Shown here piece after piece: positions 51,015-61,306 of a stretch of 64,000 bases of DNA (the stretch's first letter is position 1; each line of letters begins with the position of its first letter). This DNA comes from Paramoeba atlantica (taxonomy: Eukaryota; Protista; Discosea): NCBI GenBank assembly GCA_977017575.1, contig CDRNVI010000026.1:62001-126000 (forward strand). The letters are read 5' to 3'. A model generated the notes under the pieces. That model had not been told where the DNA came from, searched no databases, and was given only the letters and a program-made list of their open reading frames with translations. A program made the translations under genes and the position numbers.

Positions 51015-52832
51015 ATGCTACAAGGAAGACCACCTTTGAGCGACGTTTCAAACGAAGCTTTTTGTCGACCAGCCCCAGAAAAAGGAAAAGGTTCGTGCGA
51101 CCAACAAAGGCGTGTTACAACAGCCTTGATGCCCAATACTGAACACGCAGCGCGCACAGATGTTGACGACGAATATCTGAGCACTGCAACAATAATATGG
51201 GGTGCCATTCATTACACAACACCCACATTTACTTTACTAGGAGATTTGGGTCTCATAGAATATTGTTCTATATTTATTGAGCGTGGGCTCTACACTGTAG
51301 GAGAACTTGTCGGCCTAAGCGAAGAGGCTTTGCTAAACCTAATACCTTGTGAGAAGCACCGTAAAAAGTTAAGCAAAGTTGTGAAAGCTTGTGTTGCGCA
51401 ATCTGCTTCGCATGACAACCTGAATACATCGACTTCGGCTGAGACGAGTAACGTGCTGCCATCCCACCACGATAATATTGAATCCAATGTTGTACACACG
51501 CGACAGAACAACCCCTATGCTTTTAACTGTTTTTCTCCATCGTCATCACCCTGTAAGGAAGAAAGCAAACGACCCGAATCTGAAGGGATGCCCCACACAG
51601 AACCACGATCACTATCAGCTTTGGGTATAATGACTGCAAAATCGGAGCCCCCAAAACGGAAAACTCCTCCGAGCTTGCAGAACATAATACCGGCCGCTGC
51701 ACATGGCGCTCCACCGTCCAAGTCTTTGGAGAACACAGAACGAGCTGTATCACATCCCATGGATCATCCACCCCCATCTGCACCCACCCCTACTCCCCAT
51801 TCAGCTCCCTTCCTTCCTACCACCACACTCCCTCGGGCACCATCCCATACTGTGTCATACCCTATTCCACCACCACCCACCGTTCTGTTCCCTACAACTC
51901 ACCCCCGCAACAACGTTGGTATGGACTTCCAATACCCCCATTCCGAAACCCAATTCCTGGCTCCACTACCACCCCCTCCTCTCCCCCTCCTCCCTCCCCA
52001 CACCCTCCCCACTCTACCCCCCTCCCTTAGCACCCCCGCAACTGCTGTACCCCAGCCTACGCTGCGTGCACCTCAGCAGCCTACCCCAGGTCCCCTGCTA
52101 CCCCAGACTGCCCCAGGTGCACCTATGCTTCCACACGCCGCCTCCTATGACTACCCCAGACCATCCATGTGGCTACCTCAGCAGCCTACCCCAGGTAGCC
52201 TTCATCTTCAGCCTACTTCATCCGGGATGCTGCTCCCCCAGCACAGCTCCTCGATGCCTCCCCCTTCTACGCTCCCCTCTCTCTCCAGCCCCGTCTACCC
52301 CTCCCCCCCTTCCGTCTGTGTGGTGGACTTCAAATGCCACACCGCCACGCACTGGTCCCCTGTGGTACTTAGCCCCGGGGTCTATGTGATTGTGGAGGGG
52401 GACCGCGGGGAGGACCTGGGCTGGGTCACCCAGTGTAGCCCCGTGGGGGGGACAGAGGGTACGGGGCGTGAGAGGGGCAGCAGTAACAACAACAACAACA
52501 ACAACGATAATCCTAATAACAATCTTCTCCCCGTGGTACGGCGACTAGCCTCCATGGAGGAGATTGTGTTCTGGCGAACCGAGCTCCATGAGAGAGCCAC
52601 ACACGCGCTGGGGGTCGGTCGTCGACGTGCGGGGGAGCTGGGGCTGGAGCTGGAGTTGCTCGAGGCGGAGTTTCAGATGGATCAGAATAAGCTTACGTTG
52701 TATTACCGGTCCAAGGCGCGGGTGGAGTTTGTGGCGTTGCTGAAGGTGTTGTATCGTGATTTCGGGTGCCGGATATGGATGGAACGGGTGGAGGAGGGTG
52801 TGGATGAGGAAATGGAGGAGTTGAGGGGTTGA
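51015..52832 (+). CDS. PSP1 C-terminal domain protein with SAM-like domain and Pro-rich linker
   Basis: YVIVEGDRGEDLG...EFQMDQNKLTLYY...EFVALLKVLYRDFGCRIWM (PSP1); LGDLGLIEYCSIF...HRKKL (SAM-like). Confidence 0.85.
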   Translation: MLQGRPPLSDVSNEAFCRPAPEKGKGSCDQQRRVTTALMPNTEHAARTDVDDEYLSTATIIWGAIHYTTPTFTLLGDLGLIEYCSIFIERGLYTVGELVGLSEEALLNLIPCEKHRKKLSKVVKACVAQSASHDNLNTSTSAETSNVLPSHHDNIESNVVHTRQNNPYAFNCFSPSSSPCKEESKRPESEGMPHTEPRSLSALGIMTAKSEPPKRKTPPSLQNIIPAAAHGAPPSKSLENTERAVSHPMDHPPPSAPTPTPHSAPFLPTTTLPRAPSHTVSYPIPPPPTVLFPTTHPRNNVGMDFQYPHSETQFLAPLPPPPLPLLPPHTLPTLPPSLSTPATAVPQPTLRAPQQPTPGPLLPQTAPGAPMLPHAASYDYPRPSMWLPQQPTPGSLHLQPTSSGMLLPQHSSSMPPPSTLPSLSSPVYPSPPSVCVVDFKCHTATHWSPVVLSPGVYVIVEGDRGEDLGWVTQCSPVGGTEGTGRERGSSNNNNNNNDNPNNNLLPVVRRLASMEEIVFWRTELHERATHALGVGRRRAGELGLELELLEAEFQMDQNKLTLYYRSKARVEFVALLKVLYRDFGCRIWMERVEEGVDEEMEELRG

Positions 52833-53363
52833 GAGAGGTTATGTAGCAGCAGAGTAGCGTAGGACGACATTCTACACGCATCGCGGAAGAATCATTTTTA
52901 AACTCAGAAGAATCTCTTGCCCGTATATTGGCAATATATTCCATATGCCGTTCCATCACTAACGTGTGTAGATTAACCCGTTACAAGTAGTATTTCGGTG
53001 TTAAGTAGTTAGTAGACCCACTAGCCCATTCCTTTGTGAATAATATTTTATTTTTAACAGTCATTGCCCAGTGTAGAATTTCGGCGGAAAAATGCCATGT
53101 TGCCTGAAGTGCAATGAGCAGAAGATATTCTTGCGCTTTGACGGCGTCCTAGCGAATATTCTCTTGCCGAAATTCAAGTGAATTCACTGCAACTGCAGAA
53201 CCTAGAAGAATGACAGTTCTTAGCCCCTTTTATTAATAATGATGACCCCCCTTCTACCTTTCTTCGCTTCATGAGTTGTTTAACACCTACCCTCTACCTT
53301 ATCTTTTCTTCTTTCTTATGCTTTTACATACTTTAACTACCCCATTCCGTATACACCACTTTC

Positions 53364-55508
53364 ATGTCACAATCCACCCCCAAAACAGATTCCAAGTCCC
53401 CCAAGGTCGAGGAGGGTATGTTTCGCTTCTGGGAAAACGAGGAGCATCTCAGCGGCGGGCTCCTCGGTAAATGTGAGTACAAGTGGACCACACTGGAACA
53501 CAACGGGGTGATCATGGCCCCAGCGTACGAGCCTCACAATATCCCGCTGCAGTACGGCGCGGAACTCATCCAGCTTACCGCGGAAGAAGAGGAGATGGCC
53601 ACCATGTTTGCCTCGATGCGAAAATTCGACTACTACCGGAATCCGATTTTTCGTAACAACTTCTTCGAGGACTGGAAAAAGGTGTTGGATTGTCGACCCG
53701 AGGGACAGGCGATCACGTCGCTGGCCCTTTGTAACTTTGATGCGATCCATGATTTTGAAATGGACCGGCGTGAGGCCCGGCGCGAGCGTAGCTCGGAGGA
53801 GAAGAAGAGGGAGCGCGAGGCGAATGCGATTCGGGAGGAGCCGTACCGGTTTTGTGTGTACGACGGCCGGGTGGAGCCGTTAGCCGCGTACAAGGTGGAG
53901 CCCCCAGGGTTGTTTCGGGGGAGGGGAAAGCACCCGCTGATGGGACGGCTAAAGCCACGGGTGAAACCAGAGGATATTGTGATTAATATTGGGGAGGAGG
54001 CGGAGGTGCCCCCGCCCCCGGCGGGGAGTAAGTGGGGTGCCGTCGTGCATAACCACGGCGCGACATGGGTGGCGTGCTGGAAGGACGCGCTAACGGGAAA
54101 CACAAAAATGGTGTTCCCGGGAAACACGAGTTCAATCAAAGGGTGCAGTGATCTGCGGAAGTATGAGAGGGCACGCCGCCTCAAAGGCGTCATCCCTGCG
54201 ATTCGTCAGGCGTACCGGAAGGATTTTGATGACCCTGACCGCACGGTGCGGCAGCGCGCGGTGTGTGTTTACTTTATCGATAAATTAGCGTTGCGAGTGG
54301 GCGGCGAGAAGTCCGCTGATGAGGCAGACACTGTCGGTTGCACCTCGCTAAAGATTAACAATGTGAGTCTTCGCGCCCCGAGCTCTATTCACTTTGATTT
54401 TCTTGGAAAAGACAGTATTCGCTATTTAAACACCGTGGAGGTACTCCCTCGAGTGTATACCCTCGTTGAGGAGTTCATGAAGGGTAAAGAAATGCCCGCT
54501 TGTCCCACCGCCCCGGACGGACGCAACCTCGTCCCGGAGGTGTTCGAGCGCATCAACCCGAGTCTGCTCAACGACTACCTGAAAACTTTTATGCCCGAGC
54601 TCACGGCTAAGGTGTTTCGTACGTACAATGCCTCGCTGTGTCTGGATGATGAGCTGCATGATAATCCATGTGCGGCGACGCTCACTGTAATGGAGAAATT
54701 AGCGTATCTAAATGAGGCAAATACCAAAGTCGCGGTGCTGTGTAATCACCAGCGTACGACTGTGCGAGCAGATTTCGATGCCCGGGTCGCATTGATGGGA
54801 TATCGAGTCGAGTTTCTTGAGTCGCTTCTGTGCCGATTGCATCATTTAAAAGAATTGATGCAGGGCGGGTCGAAAGAGGGGTTCGACACTGCCGTCGAGC
54901 ACTGGTTTGCCGAAGAGCATCGTTGGCAATGGGATTGGTTAGATAAATACGGTACGGAGGAGGAGAAGGAGACGTACCGCAACGATTTCTCTGATGAGAG
55001 CCGAAAGTCGATTCGGAGAACGCCCAGTGGGAAGAAGAGAGAAGGTGAGGTGCGTGGGTCGAGCAAAAAGTCGGACAAGAGCAATACGGATGAGGGAAAG
55101 AGTACGAAAAAGAACACGTCCCAGACTAAGGGGAACAGAAAAAGGAGTTCTAAACGTGAGGAAGACGAGGAAGACGAACTTACAGTAGCTGACCTGAAGA
55201 AGCGCACAAAAAAGAACGTAAAACCTGCTCATGCATCTGACGCCGAAGATAATATTACCGTTGGATCTCTTCGCAAAAGAAAAGCGACCATTTCGCGGGA
55301 CCAGAACAAAATTAAGTCTATTGATCAAGATACAGCGCTTAAGGATGAAGAGGACGACTTTTCTCTTGCGGACATACGGAAAGGTGTGCGGGAGAAGAAG
55401 ATTAAGCTAGAAGGTGGCGATGCGTCTGTGAAGGATGAAACTAAATTGGAGAACGAAACCAATGAAGAAGACGACTTCACCCTAGCTCAGCTTAGAAAAA
55501 AGAACTGA
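53364..55508 (+). CDS. TOP1L: DNA topoisomerase IB, large subunit of the bi-subunit enzyme
   Basis: KWTTLEHNGV, EPPGLFRGRG.HP, ALRVGGEK, DTVGC, FDFLGKDSI, AKVFRTYNAS, LCNHQR; no SKxNY catalytic tyrosine. Confidence 0.93.
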   Translation: MSQSTPKTDSKSPKVEEGMFRFWENEEHLSGGLLGKCEYKWTTLEHNGVIMAPAYEPHNIPLQYGAELIQLTAEEEEMATMFASMRKFDYYRNPIFRNNFFEDWKKVLDCRPEGQAITSLALCNFDAIHDFEMDRREARRERSSEEKKREREANAIREEPYRFCVYDGRVEPLAAYKVEPPGLFRGRGKHPLMGRLKPRVKPEDIVINIGEEAEVPPPPAGSKWGAVVHNHGATWVACWKDALTGNTKMVFPGNTSSIKGCSDLRKYERARRLKGVIPAIRQAYRKDFDDPDRTVRQRAVCVYFIDKLALRVGGEKSADEADTVGCTSLKINNVSLRAPSSIHFDFLGKDSIRYLNTVEVLPRVYTLVEEFMKGKEMPACPTAPDGRNLVPEVFERINPSLLNDYLKTFMPELTAKVFRTYNASLCLDDELHDNPCAATLTVMEKLAYLNEANTKVAVLCNHQRTTVRADFDARVALMGYRVEFLESLLCRLHHLKELMQGGSKEGFDTAVEHWFAEEHRWQWDWLDKYGTEEEKETYRNDFSDESRKSIRRTPSGKKREGEVRGSSKKSDKSNTDEGKSTKKNTSQTKGNRKRSSKREEDEEDELTVADLKKRTKKNVKPAHASDAEDNITVGSLRKRKATISRDQNKIKSIDQDTALKDEEDDFSLADIRKGVREKKIKLEGGDASVKDETKLENETNEEDDFTLAQLRKKN

Positions 55509-55837
55509 AACCGTTTCACGATTTTAGTAACACCGTTCGTCTAGGCCGACCGCGACTTGTGACGCTGGAATATGAAATTGTCGCTTTATGTTGCTTTTTG
55601 TATTTTGGTGCCAGATTTTGGCTGCACGATCTTCGCTGCACGACAAAAAGTTTTACACGGCTTCGCGATTTCTAAATTCTATACTCGGATGCTAAAATAT
55701 ACACACGAATGTTCAAGCACCGCAAATTTACGTGCAGTCCATCCGTTTTCTATTTCTTTTCAGACTCCACTCATTCTCCTTTCCTTGGATACATTTCCTT
55801 TCCCTTTCACCCACCCTTATACCCCCCACCTACCTCC

Positions 55838-58147
55838 ATGCCGGTCCTCCGATTCCCCCCCCTTGTTCCGCTCAAAACCGCCTCCCCCCCTCTACCCCCC
55901 CTCCCCCTCCCCTCCCGCCTCCTCGCCCGCCCCTACCACACCCTCATCGACACCTCCTTCGTCGGGTCCCCCGTCCCCGCGGCCGCCCTCCCCCCCTCCC
56001 CGACCCTCCACGCGGTCTGCCACAGTATCCTCCACGCCTACCGCACCCTGCTGCGGCTCAACCCCCGGGACTACTCCCCCCTCCTCCCCACGCTCTACCG
56101 TAACATGGGGGGCGCCGTCGAGTACGAGTCCCAGGACTACTACGGCGGCTACCGCGAGGTCCACCACGTGATGCTCGAGCGCTGGTGGGACTACCAAGGC
56201 CGACTGTGTTGTGCCGATCAAATTGCAAAGCTCCCGATGGGGCTCCTGGTCGATACCGCACTCGCGTTGGATTATGCCAGTCGACTGACCAAAGGGTTGA
56301 GTCGCCCCACGTGGCTCCCGGAACGCAGGAGGCACCGTCCCCGACTGGAGGGGTTTGTGCAAGCCATTGTGGAGGTGGGGGGATTGGAGGGGAGAAGGGG
56401 GGAGGCGATGGAGGAGCTGCGACCGGAGCAAAAAACGGATTTTGAGTCGTTGTGTATGAAATGTGGCGTGGTACCGATGCAATGGGGGGGAGAGGGGTGT
56501 GGGGGGGAAGGGGAAGGGTCATCTCCAGCGCACGCTCGGGCGATGTTACGGAACGTGGGCAGCGGGATTTCCAAATGGGGGAGTGTCGCGCGAGTGGACG
56601 TGCTAACGAGAGCGGTCGCGGATGTGGGAAACCTCGCGCTCTCGGACGTGTGCCTTGTGTTGGAGAGTCTCGCCCACGTGCCGCGGCGTGTACGTCGGCC
56701 TTTTCTGGATCCATTGCTGAGACGTGCGAAACAAATCTTGTACCGCCCGCGAGGGACTGTTGCCCGGTGGGGATCCGAGACATTGCCTGCGGTGCGTCAG
56801 TGGCGGGTACAGCACGAGGGGGAGGATCAACAGAGTTCCACGCCGTTGCTCCCGCGAGCATTCTCCCGGCACGGAGACTACACCGTCACTGGTTCCCACC
56901 CGGCGGAGATTTTGAGGCTCGTGACGGCGCTCGCGGCGCTCGAGTTGCCGCAGGAGAAAGTTTTCGCCGAGGAACTTTTGCACGTTGTAAAGCAGGGTGA
57001 CAGCGTGACGTCACGATCTGGCGCCGGGGAGGTGCCACGGGCGCTGCGCGCGATCGCACTGCTGACTCGCTCGGAAAGTTCGCGTCAGAGCTTGGAAGAA
57101 ACGTTGCTGCATTTGGAGTACGCTGTCACACCACATATTTCGATGCTGCAGTTACCGCAGTTGTGTGAGCTTGTGGAAAATTGGGCCACGGTCGAACACC
57201 ACCCACAATGTCTTTCGCGTCTGTATAGTGCCCTGAGTAAATTGGTAAGCAGTATGACGTTCTTGCAAATACTCGCGGTACTGAAAGGAGTAGCTTTCTT
57301 ACAGGGCGATGCCGCCGTACTACTGGCACAGATCGGGTCAGCATTAACTCAAAAAAAATTTAAGATAGAGCAATGCGATATGTCTGATCTTTTCCGTTCT
57401 TTATCAAAGTTGCCGTACCGTAATTTACAAAACGGTGTGGTATCTTGGATCAAAGACTTTTTATCCTCTGGTGTTGAACCGAATGGACATGTACGGCTCT
57501 CCGTACCCCTATGTGTATTGTACCTCAATAGTCTGCTTCTCGCAGAGAGATTCGTAACTGATCCCAAATTGGATGCTCACGTCGTTGACCATCTAAAGGC
57601 GGACATTGCCGATATAATGCAGCACGAAGCGATGTACATGAATGCTCTTTTCCGCGTGACATTAGTCCATTGCGTAAAGAATAGAGAACTTAGTGAAATT
57701 CTTCACTTTTTGTTGAGGAATCGAAAGCGTCTCAGTGATGATCTATTTTCATATGAGTCGTCATTATCCCTTATGGAAATTTTAAAAGAACCAAACACAG
57801 AGAAATTTCATGCAGATGCCATTTCATTTCTTCAACACACACTCGAAAAATCTCCGATATCACTAGCTACAAAAAGCGGATGTGCACTACTAGAACAAAT
57901 ATGCTTGTACCACTCTACACACACCATTTCGCCAGATATTCGATATGTTGTCACTAAGAAACTAACGAAGCACATGGATTATATGGCAAAGGTCCGTCCC
58001 GCAGAATTTAATTTTCCATCGGCACATAAAAGAAGAATACTCTTAAATAACGCTACAAAGGAAAAAATAGAACTATTTCTTATGTCCGTAATTTCCAAGC
58101 TAAACGCTGCGGACAATTTCGAAAGAACTGAATTAAAAATAGCTTAG
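55838..58147 (+). CDS. Hypothetical alpha-helical protein, possibly organellar
   Basis: 770-aa ORF on the gene strand (upstream ATG at 55709); Arg/Leu/Pro-rich acid-poor start; helical-repeat-like body. Confidence 0.65.
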   Translation: MPVLRFPPLVPLKTASPPLPPLPLPSRLLARPYHTLIDTSFVGSPVPAAALPPSPTLHAVCHSILHAYRTLLRLNPRDYSPLLPTLYRNMGGAVEYESQDYYGGYREVHHVMLERWWDYQGRLCCADQIAKLPMGLLVDTALALDYASRLTKGLSRPTWLPERRRHRPRLEGFVQAIVEVGGLEGRRGEAMEELRPEQKTDFESLCMKCGVVPMQWGGEGCGGEGEGSSPAHARAMLRNVGSGISKWGSVARVDVLTRAVADVGNLALSDVCLVLESLAHVPRRVRRPFLDPLLRRAKQILYRPRGTVARWGSETLPAVRQWRVQHEGEDQQSSTPLLPRAFSRHGDYTVTGSHPAEILRLVTALAALELPQEKVFAEELLHVVKQGDSVTSRSGAGEVPRALRAIALLTRSESSRQSLEETLLHLEYAVTPHISMLQLPQLCELVENWATVEHHPQCLSRLYSALSKLVSSMTFLQILAVLKGVAFLQGDAAVLLAQIGSALTQKKFKIEQCDMSDLFRSLSKLPYRNLQNGVVSWIKDFLSSGVEPNGHVRLSVPLCVLYLNSLLLAERFVTDPKLDAHVVDHLKADIADIMQHEAMYMNALFRVTLVHCVKNRELSEILHFLLRNRKRLSDDLFSYESSLSLMEILKEPNTEKFHADAISFLQHTLEKSPISLATKSGCALLEQICLYHSTHTISPDIRYVVTKKLTKHMDYMAKVRPAEFNFPSAHKRRILLNNATKEKIELFLMSVISKLNAADNFERTELKIA

Positions 58148-58297
58148 CTCTGAAATCCACACCAAGGGGCCACACGGGACGTACAGTGCATAGAGGATAT
58201 TGCGGTGGTTGTTTAACTAACGCTTTAATTAATTTCTAGCTCATTTCAAAATGTAAAAAAAATAAAAATATCTTGTATTTTTTTTTCGACGAAAAAT

Positions 58298-59301
58298 CTA
58301 AATCCGCATAAGCGGAGCTTTCTGCCTTTTTGCCGTAGCGACGACGACTTCCTCGCATGGGAAGCTGTAAGGAGCCCTAGGATCTGCTAGGAAACTACGG
58401 AATTGGGAGGAGGAAAGGATAAGGGCTCGCTGGAGAACTTGAGATCTGCGATCTTCCATATCACTGGAGATATCACCGGAGACAGTGACCCACTCTTTGC
58501 GATGATTCACGGCGCCGTGACGCCATTCATGGTTCAAGCATTTGCTTGCGCCGGCGCAGTCGGTGTAGATTTGGCAACGGGAGTTCTTGGCCAGGTGGCG
58601 TACGTGCGGCGTCATCGTTGCAGCATCTGTGCTCTCCAGGTATCTCACGAAGATTTTTTTCATTGGATAATGAATACAACCATGTTCATTGGGTATTTCG
58701 TCGCAGTGAACCAAAGTATGATATCAGGATGATCCGTCGCATCGGATTCTTTTGCCGCGCCCACACCCCATACGCTTAATTCGCGAAACACAGGTTTCGT
58801 CTTTCTGCATGAATAAGACGGTACCTTTCGCAGCATCAAAGCGCATGTCGTGTGCGATGCCCACATCAAATTCGAAGAACTGGAATAGATTGACAACGGT
58901 GATTCTGCTGAGTGTGGTCTCGCGCAATATCTGCTGCAAAGATAGGCCTTCAATCAGTCCATACAACACCATCAGGGTGTCTTTTAGACTTCCTTTACTC
59001 TGTAGATTTAACAAAGGCTCCATCGAGCTGTAGCGTGCGCGACATTCTAGTGAATCCATATACGGGAAGTACCAATGGGTACTTCATACACATATGGGCC
59101 TTCATGAACGCACATGATTTCTTTATCGGCATGATGTTTCACTTTTTGGCACCATACTTGCTGAGCAACAAGCTTATGGTTTTGTAGCCAGCGTGCTGGC
59201 ACCTCTTCTGTGGTACCTCCAAAGCACGAAAGTGACATTGATTTTACGCACTCCAAGTCATCACAACCCTCGCAAAACCAGTTGACGCTAACTTCTGACA
59301 T
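58298..59301 (-). mobile_element. Merlin/IS1595-family transposase remnant
   Basis: QKDETCVSRIK..GRGK (first D), DAATMTPHV, IYTDC (second D), H.AVNH.KEWV, DME; split over three frames. Confidence 0.8.
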
Positions 59302-59349
59302 GAAAGTATTCGTAAGATTTCAACTCAGATGCTATATTCCTTCACTTAT

Positions 59350-59422
59350 GCAAAGCTCCTTTACTCCTGCAATAGTCCTTTACTGATGCAGTAGTCCTTT
59401 ACTTAGGCAAAAGTCCTTGACT
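59350..59422. repeat. ~19-bp degenerate tandem repeat, 4 copies
   Basis: GCA...(G)TCCTTTACT-like core four times, upstream of the Merlin ORF. Confidence 0.75.
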
Positions 59423-59652
59423 TCCACCCAAAAATCTTGCTACCGTCTTTTGCCCGACCCCGGTCGTGGAATTTGCCCGGTTGTCATGTTGTTAGCAATA
59501 TCAGCCCACAGCAACATCAAGGTGTGCATACTCATTGAGGAAGATACTAATCAAACTTTTTCACCCAAAAAAATAGATTTTTCTTTTTTAGTGGCTTCGT
59601 TAAACGCGGAGGTAGTTGTACAGGTAGTTGTATGCAGTATTGTGTCAAGCTC

Positions 59653-60063
59653 TTAGCATAGCTCATGGACGGAATTGGTGAGTGTGGTTCGAAGCGAATG
59701 TGCTATTTGGCTGAAACCAGCGCATTGGCGGATGAGTGTGACGGAAAATTGTGGCTCTTCCATGTATTCGATCGCGGCCAGGGGTTCTTCAGCAGGCAAC
59801 AGGGTGTGTTCGCGGAGAAATTCTGTACAGAAATCAGTCGTTCCTACAGGGCTACCTAAAATTGAAAAATTCTCCTCACTTGTCTTTTTAGTCGTCGGGA
59901 TGTTGTTGAAGCCGTCCAGGAGTTCGGCGGATTCAGGATGTGTGATCGCCTCGCACTTGTTCGCGTTTAGGAAGATGCCCCACTGTGGGCCGACTCGTTC
60001 GATGGTGTCTAAAGCTCGTCTGACGTCTTGAGCCTTCCCCCCCCAGAATCCCGTCATCCAATT
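59653..60063 (-). pseudogene. CRE/SLACS-type reverse transcriptase, C-terminal fragment
   Basis: Begins LDDGILGG (frameshift in a G8 run), then LNANKCE, ILGSPVG, LIRQCAGFS..HSLRT. Confidence 0.75.
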
Positions 60064-60169
60064 TCTTTTATTGAGGGAGACACGGTGAGTATCTAACTCG
60101 CTTACTAAGAGGGTTGAAACTTTCCCCTAAAACGAGCACAAAAACGATCTTTTTAAAATTTTAGGGATT

Positions 60170-60975
60170 GTGGTAGTTCCGATGAGTACTCATCCAAACT
60201 AGCATTACCTCCTAGGGGGTTGTGGTAGTTTCAATGAGTACTCATGCAAACTACTATCACCGCCCTCCGACGAAAATGAAAGTACTCATCCAAACTACCA
60301 TAAATCGCGTTGTAATGGTAGTTTGGATGAGTACTCATCGAAACGACCTCTGCACATGGTACTCTGGATGAGTATTCATCGAAACGACCTCTGCACATGG
60401 TACTTTGGATGAGTAGACAGGTAAACTAGGTGATGCAGTATAGGAAAAAAATACACGATCCTGCGGAAGTGGCAGACATACAGTAGTTAGGTAGACTGTA
60501 CAGTAGGTTCTCAGTGCGCGACCCGCGCGCTCCAGCGCGCGGGTCGCCAAAGAATATAATTATGTCCCAGGGCTACGCTCACAGTTGGGCCTTGCTCGCA
60601 CACGGGGGCTTTCGCCTCTAGACGTGGGCTTCGCAGTTGAGCCTTGCCTCCAGACAGGTAAACTAGGTGATGCAATATAGGAAAAAAAATACACAATCCC
60701 GAAGACAGGTAAACTAGGCGTCACTGTCCTCGGCTACGTTCACAGTTTAGCCTTAGAGAGTTTAGCCTTAGAGATGTCGGTAAGAGAGCGAAAAGTCCTC
60801 ATCCCAAGTACCATGTGCAGAGGTCGTTTCAATGAGTACTCATTCAAAGTACCATGTGAAGAGGTCGTTTCGATGAGTACTCATCCAAAGTACCATGTGT
60901 AGAGGTCGTTTCGATGAGTATATTTTTTCGCAAAACTAAAAATTTGTTTCGATGAGTACTCATCCAAACTGCTAC
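60170..60975. repeat. Opposed 41-bp repeat arrays with a GATGAGTACTCATC palindrome, flanking a direct-repeat/hairpin core
   Basis: 41-bp period at 60325/60366/60407 with the inverted array at 60798-60920; AGACAGGTAAACTAGG x3; GC hairpin at 60518-60547. Confidence 0.85.
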
Positions 60976-61306
60976 AACGCCAAATTTTAAAAACAGGGGC
61001 ATGGCTCATCAAACAATATCTGTAATACACCAAAAACGAAAAAATAGAGCACGGTAAGCAGTTTTTAGAACCCTTTTGCCGAAAACGCGACCCGGAATGC
61101 GGCTCAGAAACGGACATTTCAAATCCGAAAAAAACGCGAAGATGCTTGATTATGTTCCCAAAATTGACAGACTACAGCTGTTTCAAAGTTTGGGGAATAT
61201 TTTTGTGCTCCTAAACTAACTTCCAGAACTAACTTTTTTTTGAAACGCATTTCACTCGCCGACGGCATAACAAATGACCGAAAAAAGGGTATGATTTTTT
61301 CCGCCT

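Noticed and set aside
51703-52389. 228-aa overlapping ORF in the PSP1 gene
   Set aside because: C-rich low-complexity shadow frame.
54991-55010. Hammerhead core CTGATGAG..CGAAA
   Set aside because: No room for stem II; lies in TOP1L coding sequence.
55732-57000. Long alternative-frame and antisense ORFs
   Set aside because: Stop-poor because of extreme local GC; no domains.
60325-60345. Hammerhead ribozyme (GATGAG...CGAAAC)
   Set aside because: Lacks the CUGA core; explained by a DNA palindrome.
60518-60547. Helitron 3' hairpin
   Set aside because: No CTRR end at the usual distance and no Rep/helicase fragment.
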